A stretch of DNA of 64,000 nucleotides from a virus, in IMG/VR virus record IMGVR_UViG_3300013131_000041, positions 5,680 through 69,679 of that record; one strand, 5' to 3'. Position 1 is the stretch's first letter. The number at the start of each line of letters is the position of its first letter. Under the pieces are notes generated by a model, which was not told where the DNA came from, did no database searches, and saw only the letters and a program-made list of their open reading frames with translations. This document shows, one piece after another, positions 58,191-64,000 of this stretch. The position numbers were made by a program, and so were the translations under genes.

Positions 58191-59469
58191 AACACTATGT
58201 TTGGCACCTTGGGTACACACATACCTAAGTCCTCAGACTGAACGCAGAATGTGCTGTGCCAGTCGCGAACCTGCACAGAACTTTAAGCAATACATTGACA
58301 CAGAATCTGGTACTGGCAAGTATATTCCTATCACCTTAGAAGAACATTGGAATAGTGCGCACATGAAGAGTGTGCGCCGCCGTATGATGGCAGGAGAAAT
58401 ATTGCCTGAGTGCGAAGTATGTAATGACAAGTTACTTAACACAGCCGTTTACCGTAGTTATTTTGATAGCCTGTTTGGCCATAAGTACGAGTATGTAATA
58501 GCGAATACTGATAGTGATGGCGCTACTAGTGTTCGTCCAGTAAGCTGGGATTATCGTTTCAGCAATCTATGTAATTTCAAATGTCGCATGTGCGGTGATA
58601 TGCTTTCGAGCGCATGGGAGTCTGAGCAACGTCAACATAATATGATCAATTTTGCGGATCCAAAGAATAATTGGATGATGCCTGAAGTCAAGAAACAAAT
58701 TGAACTATTCCAATCAACACAAATTGAGCAAGAGTTCGCTAGTGCAGTCGAGAACCATCAAGTAGAAGAAGTATATTGGGTAGGCGGAGAGCCCTTAATG
58801 TACGAACAACATTGGCGCTATATGCAGCGCATTGTGGAGTTAAATGATGGCCCTAAACTGTACGCACGCTATAACACAAACCTTAGTCGGGTTGACTATC
58901 GTGGCACTAATTTATATACTGACATTCTTGCTCACTGTCGTGATTGGCAAATCTGTGCAAGCCTTGATGGAACCGGCGCCGTTGGCGAATACATTAGAAC
59001 AGGACTTGACTACAATCAATGGATTGATAACTTCAGTCAGGGACTTAGAATCGCAAGTCACAGACGCCAAATGCGAATTGACTTTACTCTCACGCTCCCA
59101 GGCATGTTTGAAATTGAAAACATTGCCCGCCTTGCTGAGACCCTGGAAGTAGATTTACTGACTAAAGTTGTCTTTAGTTTCTCACCCGACATTATCATGT
59201 CGCCTCTTGCCCTGCCCAAGGAGATATTGCATCCTTGGATAGACGAATATCTAGGTAGCGCCTGGCTTCACAGCTCGTTGAGGGACATGTTAGAGAATCT
59301 AAAGACACGCCCTACATTTGCTGAGCAGTGGCCCAATGAATATCAACAGGGTCTTGCAAAAGGCAAAGCTCGTATGCTACAATTAGAAAGCATACGCGAA
59401 AACAAAATTACATTAGAAGATATTTTTGGACTTAGAAAAGACGTTTATGACTGGTACCGCTCAATCTAA
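58168..59469 (+). CDS. Radical SAM protein with N-terminal twitch-like domain
   Basis: CLAPW...MCC...CEVCN; CNFKCRMC; VGGEPL; YNTN. Start reassigned to ATG 58168. Confidence 0.88.
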   Translation: MNLPQKPRTLCLAPWVHTYLSPQTERRMCCASREPAQNFKQYIDTESGTGKYIPITLEEHWNSAHMKSVRRRMMAGEILPECEVCNDKLLNTAVYRSYFDSLFGHKYEYVIANTDSDGATSVRPVSWDYRFSNLCNFKCRMCGDMLSSAWESEQRQHNMINFADPKNNWMMPEVKKQIELFQSTQIEQEFASAVENHQVEEVYWVGGEPLMYEQHWRYMQRIVELNDGPKLYARYNTNLSRVDYRGTNLYTDILAHCRDWQICASLDGTGAVGEYIRTGLDYNQWIDNFSQGLRIASHRRQMRIDFTLTLPGMFEIENIARLAETLEVDLLTKVVFSFSPDIIMSPLALPKEILHPWIDEYLGSAWLHSSLRDMLENLKTRPTFAEQWPNEYQQGLAKGKARMLQLESIRENKITLEDIFGLRKDVYDWYRSI

Positions 59470-60664
59470 AATTAGAATCGTATTACGAAATCCTTTAGAT
59501 TTTAACGATCAAATTGATTATACAATACAAGCATACGACAGTGAACTATCACAAGATTGGATAGCGGCGCTCAAAGGCTTATTAACAAACAGAAACTTAT
59601 TAGAAAAGAACTTTTGCTTTTTAGGATTCCCCAAAACAGCTCGCACAGTAGAATATCTATGCGAAGAGTTAAATCAAAGTGTAGAAAAAATTAATCAATT
59701 TAACTACTCTGGCATATGGAAAAATAACGGTCTAGACTATTACTTTATTGAAGATTGGTTTCACCCTAATACGGTTAGATTCTCTGATCAGTACCCGATT
59801 AACATTCGCGGTGACAAAGATACTGCCCCTGGCAACATGGATTTAGAAATTGGCTTAGGTACTAAACAGCAGACAATGAACAGACTGCATAATCACTTTG
59901 AAAGATTGCAGGGCACAGTGTGGGATTTAAGTCCATACTATAAATTAGCAGATGACGAAACAAAATATGCAATACGTCAACTAAACAATATTTGTCATGA
60001 ATTAGAAAGTTTGATCCTTAGTCAGAAAAAAGCACAGGTAATGCCCGAGTGGACACGACCTAGTCAGATTACCACATTCTTACATGCGCAACGACATGAG
60101 CTTAAAGATCAACATCGCGATGGTTTCCTAACTAACGGATATGATCGCAAATTTGGACATGTGTACATGCACTGGACCCAAATTGGCAAAACACTATTTG
60201 AAGTATGGCGTGACGAACACGCACCTAAACTAAACGTTGGTAATGATCCGACTGATATCAGCATAGGCAGTGGGGCTACTTGTGAAGCAATTAACAGCCT
60301 TAAATTCTATAGCGGTGAGTTTGATATTGAATGGGGCAATGATGTAGTATACAATGAAAAGTATTGGTGGCATGTAAGTGAAGTTGATAGATTTCACGCA
60401 TGGTTGTCTGACAACGGTGTGGACAGTAATAACAAATATCTGAGTTTAGGATACTTACCTCTGGGTGAAGTTGAGCTACAAAAAAGTTTTGGTACTACGG
60501 ACAGTTTTGCTATTTGGGATATACTAAGTAGCCATTTAGATATTGCTGAAATAGAAGTAGATGGAGTATCCAATACGTTTGATTATTGTTGGAGCGATGA
60601 CAATTATAGACAAATGCAAATTGATATGATGAAGCCAGGATATGATTATAGTAGCAGGGGGTGA
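59447..60664 (+). CDS. Hypothetical protein, His/Glu-rich, possible metalloenzyme
   Basis: About 405-aa ORF inside the operon with LHNHFE, LNNICHELE and YMHW..IGK motifs. Start uncertain (TTG 59426 or ATG 59447). Confidence 0.7.
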   Translation: MTGTAQSKIRIVLRNPLDFNDQIDYTIQAYDSELSQDWIAALKGLLTNRNLLEKNFCFLGFPKTARTVEYLCEELNQSVEKINQFNYSGIWKNNGLDYYFIEDWFHPNTVRFSDQYPINIRGDKDTAPGNMDLEIGLGTKQQTMNRLHNHFERLQGTVWDLSPYYKLADDETKYAIRQLNNICHELESLILSQKKAQVMPEWTRPSQITTFLHAQRHELKDQHRDGFLTNGYDRKFGHVYMHWTQIGKTLFEVWRDEHAPKLNVGNDPTDISIGSGATCEAINSLKFYSGEFDIEWGNDVVYNEKYWWHVSEVDRFHAWLSDNGVDSNNKYLSLGYLPLGEVELQKSFGTTDSFAIWDILSSHLDIAEIEVDGVSNTFDYCWSDDNYRQMQIDMMKPGYDYSSRG

Positions 60665-61232
60665 TAGCATGGTGTGGGGCAGCGAATTAGCTGATAGCCC
60701 CAACGGAGGACCTAACGGGTACAGTCGTAATACATGGCCTGCGCTGTTGGCTACTAACGGTTACATTTGTGCAGCATATCCGGGCTATTCTAATTATGAA
60801 ATCGCTAAAGATCTAAAATTGGTAATTAAAGACCATATAGATATTCCATTTGTTATTGTCTGTTGGACTTGGCCTACTCGAGATAAAACATATACAAGTG
60901 ATCGTGTTATAAGAGAATTCGAGCACCATTGTAAATATCACGGCATACCGTATTTGTTTACCTGTGTTGATAATTGCTTATTTGATGTGGTGGATTATAC
61001 AAAATTGGATATGGCAAATTGGTTCATGTTTCCATCAGCCGAAGAAGATTATAATACACAAACACCAAGAGGCTTTTATCAGTGGGCTGTGGAAAATAAG
61101 TACAGTGTAGGCCCTGAGTTTCATCCCTTAGAGGATGCACACAGAGATGCGGCAGAATTAATAAGGAGTAAATTCGATGAATTGGTTGAAAAGTTTAATC
61201 AACAGAATCAAGCTAGAAATTCGTTATCGTAA
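60642..61232 (+). CDS. SGNH/GDSL-like protein
   Basis: VAGGDSMVWG, AYPGYSN, VCWT and C-terminal HPLEDAH. Confidence 0.6.
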   Translation: MIIVAGGDSMVWGSELADSPNGGPNGYSRNTWPALLATNGYICAAYPGYSNYEIAKDLKLVIKDHIDIPFVIVCWTWPTRDKTYTSDRVIREFEHHCKYHGIPYLFTCVDNCLFDVVDYTKLDMANWFMFPSAEEDYNTQTPRGFYQWAVENKYSVGPEFHPLEDAHRDAAELIRSKFDELVEKFNQQNQARNSLS

Positions 61233-61278
61233 GAAGTTAAAAGAACTTCGCAAAAGAGACCCATTTATCTACAAATAA
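61177..61278 (+). CDS. Small basic peptide (33 aa) ending DPFIYK
   Basis: Below the track cut-off. Reads MNWLKSLINRIKLEIRYRKKLKELRKRDPFIYK*. AAGGAG RBS at 61163-61168; TAATG stop/start overlap with the next gene. Confidence 0.7.
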   Translation: MNWLKSLINRIKLEIRYRKKLKELRKRDPFIYK

Positions 61279-61922
61279 TGCGTTTACTAACGGTCGGCGA
61301 TAGTTTTACCTACGGAGAAGAACTAGCAGATTTAAATTCTGCTTGGCCTTTTCTATTAGGTCAACGATTAGGATACACCGTTACTAACTTGGCTAAACCG
61401 GGTAGTGGTAACACACGCATGGTGCGTCATTGTGTTGAACAAATTGACTATTATGACATAGTTATTATTGCGTGGAGTCATTTTGCACGTATTGAAATGT
61501 CAGATGAAAATGGTTTTTATGATTTGTGGCCAGGGTGTAGTTCACTGCCACATAAACAATATAGTCCGTGGCGCCGAGAAATCATTGATTATGTTAGTAG
61601 ACATCATAATGATGATTACTTATATAGACAATATTTGTTAAACATTATTTTAGTACAACACTTCTTAAAAGCAAATAATAAAACCTACCTAATGCTTGAT
61701 AGTTTTGGTAATCATCAGGCAAACAATCGTACTGCTAGTACTAATCAAGATTTGTTAGATCAAATTGATAAAACGTTTTATATAGGCTGGTCCAACGAAA
61801 GCATGATGGAATGGACATACGGGTGTGATATGGGCCCGGCCGGGCACTTCTTAGACCAAGGCCACAAGATTGTTGCGGATAAGATATACAATCACATGAA
61901 GGACTTAGCGTGGGACGTTTAA
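61278..61922 (+). CDS. SGNH/GDSL-like protein
   Basis: LTVGDSFTYG, NLAKPGSGN, IIAWS and C-terminal GHFLDQGH. Confidence 0.65.
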   Translation: MRLLTVGDSFTYGEELADLNSAWPFLLGQRLGYTVTNLAKPGSGNTRMVRHCVEQIDYYDIVIIAWSHFARIEMSDENGFYDLWPGCSSLPHKQYSPWRREIIDYVSRHHNDDYLYRQYLLNIILVQHFLKANNKTYLMLDSFGNHQANNRTASTNQDLLDQIDKTFYIGWSNESMMEWTYGCDMGPAGHFLDQGHKIVADKIYNHMKDLAWDV

Positions 61923-62674
61923 TTGCTGGTGGTGATAGTTTTATCTACGGTGACGAGCTACAGGATTGCCTGGGGGTTAGAGCCAGTGATAATGTGTACC
62001 CGGCACTAATCGCTAAAGAATTAAACTTGGAGTATGTATGCGCGGCAGGATCGGGCTACGGCAACGACAGCATTCGTCGCACAGTAATTGATGCCTGCGA
62101 ATCAAACGTAGATGTTGAATTAGTGATTGTTCAGTGGAGTTTTGCTTGTAGATATGAATTTTACTTTAGTAAATTTGGGTGGTACAATCTTGGTGCGTGG
62201 AGCATAATTGATGATCCATCTGAGATCAAGAAAACTTTTAAGATAGATAACCCAATAGTGCTACAACACCACATCGACACACTAAACAAGTTTAAAGACC
62301 TAGGCATAACAGACTTTGCTAAAGTTTTCTTTAAAAAGATAGCATCCGACATGTACTACGAACAATACAAGTTTTTGTCAGAAGTAGTAATGTTACAACA
62401 GTATTTAGAAATAAAAAGCATACCATATATGTTTGCATCAGTGAATAAAGACATATTGCGTGACAGTTCTGAATACGCAGATCAAAGTATTAGGTCGTTA
62501 GAAGGATTGATTAATAAAAAGGATTGGATGTGGTTCCCTAATCAACAAGGGTTTTATCAGTGGGCACTTGACAATAATTTTGCATTTGGTACAACACATC
62601 CATTAGAAGAAGCACACATAGAAGCGGCACATTTAGTATATGAACATCTTAGGTATATCAGCAGGATTTCATGA
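61910..62674 (+). CDS. SGNH/GDSL-like protein
   Basis: IAGGDSFIYG, AGSGYGN, IVQWS and C-terminal HPLEEAH. GTG start with AAGGA RBS. Confidence 0.6.
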   Translation: MGRLIAGGDSFIYGDELQDCLGVRASDNVYPALIAKELNLEYVCAAGSGYGNDSIRRTVIDACESNVDVELVIVQWSFACRYEFYFSKFGWYNLGAWSIIDDPSEIKKTFKIDNPIVLQHHIDTLNKFKDLGITDFAKVFFKKIASDMYYEQYKFLSEVVMLQQYLEIKSIPYMFASVNKDILRDSSEYADQSIRSLEGLINKKDWMWFPNQQGFYQWALDNNFAFGTTHPLEEAHIEAAHLVYEHLRYISRIS

Positions 62675-64000
62675 TGCGGCAGTAACCGCACTTCGTGATA
62701 ATAAAATTGTTTTTGCTGGGCATAGTGAACGCTACAGCAAACTTAAGCACGACCCAAATTTAAACAAAGAACTATTACTTGATGCTTACAAGTACGGCGG
62801 CCCATTTGATCTTATAGCCTACTACGAAAGACCTTGGGCAAAGTTCACTAGACAATTATATGCCGGCCAGTACTACGATGCTTTCCATCCTTACAATCTA
62901 AGAAAACAATTAGTTGACTTATGGCCTTGGGGTACGATACCACAAATCAAAACATACAACCATCACCTGAGTCATGCGGCTGCCGGATTCCAAACAAGTC
63001 CGTACACAGATGCCACAGTAGTAGTAATTGATGCTATCGGCGAGTGGGATACTATTAGTATCTGGAGTGCTTGGTATGATGAACGAGGCGGTGGCGCCAA
63101 ATACAAACGGCTATGGGGTCAAAAATATCCACACAGCATTGGCTTAATGTATTCAGCCTTTACTAAAGCCGCTGGATTGAAACCCTTAGATGAAGAATAT
63201 ATCTTAATGGGTATGGCCGGATGGGGCAAGTATGATAGCCTTAAGCAAATGGGATTTAATCATAGCATTGTTAATAGTGACCAAGATATAACATTTAAAC
63301 ATAACTTTCATTTAGGTGTACCTAAGGAAGTAAAGCGTCCAGTAAAAGACGAAGATATGGCCTATGCAGCACAGGAACTAACTGAAGATCTAATTAGTGA
63401 TGTAATGATAAAGGCTACTAAACTAGGAGTTAGTAGTAACTTAGTTTACTCGGGTGGAGTTGCTCTTAACTGTGTAGCAAATAGAATACTAGGAGAATAT
63501 TTTGATAAAATTTGGATTATGCCTAATCCTGGCGATGCTGGCAGTAGCCTTGGCGCAGCTGCAATGGCGTATGGCGGAAGATTGGTTTGGAATACTGCTA
63601 GCCTGGGTCATGATATTACTGGCCCTTACCCTGTTAAAGATATCATTTCCGAGTTGGCTACTAATAAAATTGTTGGGGTAGCCAGCGGTCGTGCAGAGTT
63701 TGGCCCTAGAGCATTGGGTAATCGTAGTTTGTTAGCAGACCCTAGAGGTCCAGAAATTAAGGATAAGGTAAATGAAATCAAACGTAGACAAAAGTTTAGA
63801 CCGTTTGCTCCTGTTATTTTGGAGGAACTTGTCCATGAGTATTTTGACATGCCTGTTAATTGGCAAACTAGCCCTTATATGCAAACTGTCGCCCACTGCA
63901 ATTATCCTAATGAGTTTCCTGCTATTGTGCATGTTGATGGAACTAGCCGTGTACAGACCGTTGGTAAAGATGGCAGCGGAATTAGACAACTCTTAGAGCA
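62640..64000 (+). CDS. Carbamoyltransferase, NodU/CmcH family; runs off the window edge
   Basis: Not in the ORF track because it has no stop in the window. Hand translation: MNILGISAGFHDAAV...SERYSK.KHD...HHLSHAA...IDAIGE...EEYILMGMA...SGGVALNCVAN...PGDAG...GRAEFGPRALGNRSLLADP...KRRQKFRPFAP...HVDGTSRVQTV. Confidence 0.92.
   Translation, partial: MNILGISAGFHDAAVTALRDNKIVFAGHSERYSKLKHDPNLNKELLLDAYKYGGPFDLIAYYERPWAKFTRQLYAGQYYDAFHPYNLRKQLVDLWPWGTIPQIKTYNHHLSHAAAGFQTSPYTDATVVVIDAIGEWDTISIWSAWYDERGGGAKYKRLWGQKYPHSIGLMYSAFTKAAGLKPLDEEYILMGMAGWGKYDSLKQMGFNHSIVNSDQDITFKHNFHLGVPKEVKRPVKDEDMAYAAQELTEDLISDVMIKATKLGVSSNLVYSGGVALNCVANRILGEYFDKIWIMPNPGDAGSSLGAAAMAYGGRLVWNTASLGHDITGPYPVKDIISELATNKIVGVASGRAEFGPRALGNRSLLADPRGPEIKDKVNEIKRRQKFRPFAPVILEELVHEYFDMPVNWQTSPYMQTVAHCNYPNEFPAIVHVDGTSRVQTVGKDGSGIRQLLE

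Noticed and set aside
63626-63996. Three short track ORFs at the right edge
   Set aside because: All lie within the carbamoyltransferase reading frame that starts at 62640 and runs off the window.
1-64000. Stop-codon reassignment as seen in some large phages
   Set aside because: Standard-code ORFs tile the window densely, including a 13.7-kb ORF, and TAA, TGA and TAG (e.g. 17592-17594) all end genes at sensible boundaries.

Overview
This window is a fragment of a large T4-like (myovirus-type) bacteriophage genome in the standard genetic code. Calls rest on motif recognition and synteny only; no database searches were run. Layout: (i) 1-4706, minus strand: tape measure, portal and two head-region genes. 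(ii) 4782-6241, plus strand: a gp26-like baseplate hub/chaperone gene with a probable -1 frameshift extension, then a small membrane protein. (iii) About 6245-6732: a ~490-nt non-coding region rich in hairpins, probably a large minus-strand ncRNA, possibly with an origin-like element. (iv) 6733-13006, minus strand: late sigma factor gp55, gp47/gp46 nuclease pair, a radical SAM enzyme, two small basic proteins, an SGNH-like protein and a GIY-YIG nuclease. (v) 13079-45664, plus strand: contractile-tail baseplate and fibre genes, including a 4581-aa protein. (vi) 45711 to the window end: a tightly overlapped 18-kb operon with about five glycosyltransferase-like proteins, six N-terminal-twitch radical SAM enzymes, four SGNH-like proteins, a 33-aa peptide and a NodU/CmcH carbamoyltransferase. 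The strongest candidates for new biology are this modification operon and the structured RNA next to the GIY-YIG gene. No tRNA, rRNA, CRISPR array or IS element was recognised.
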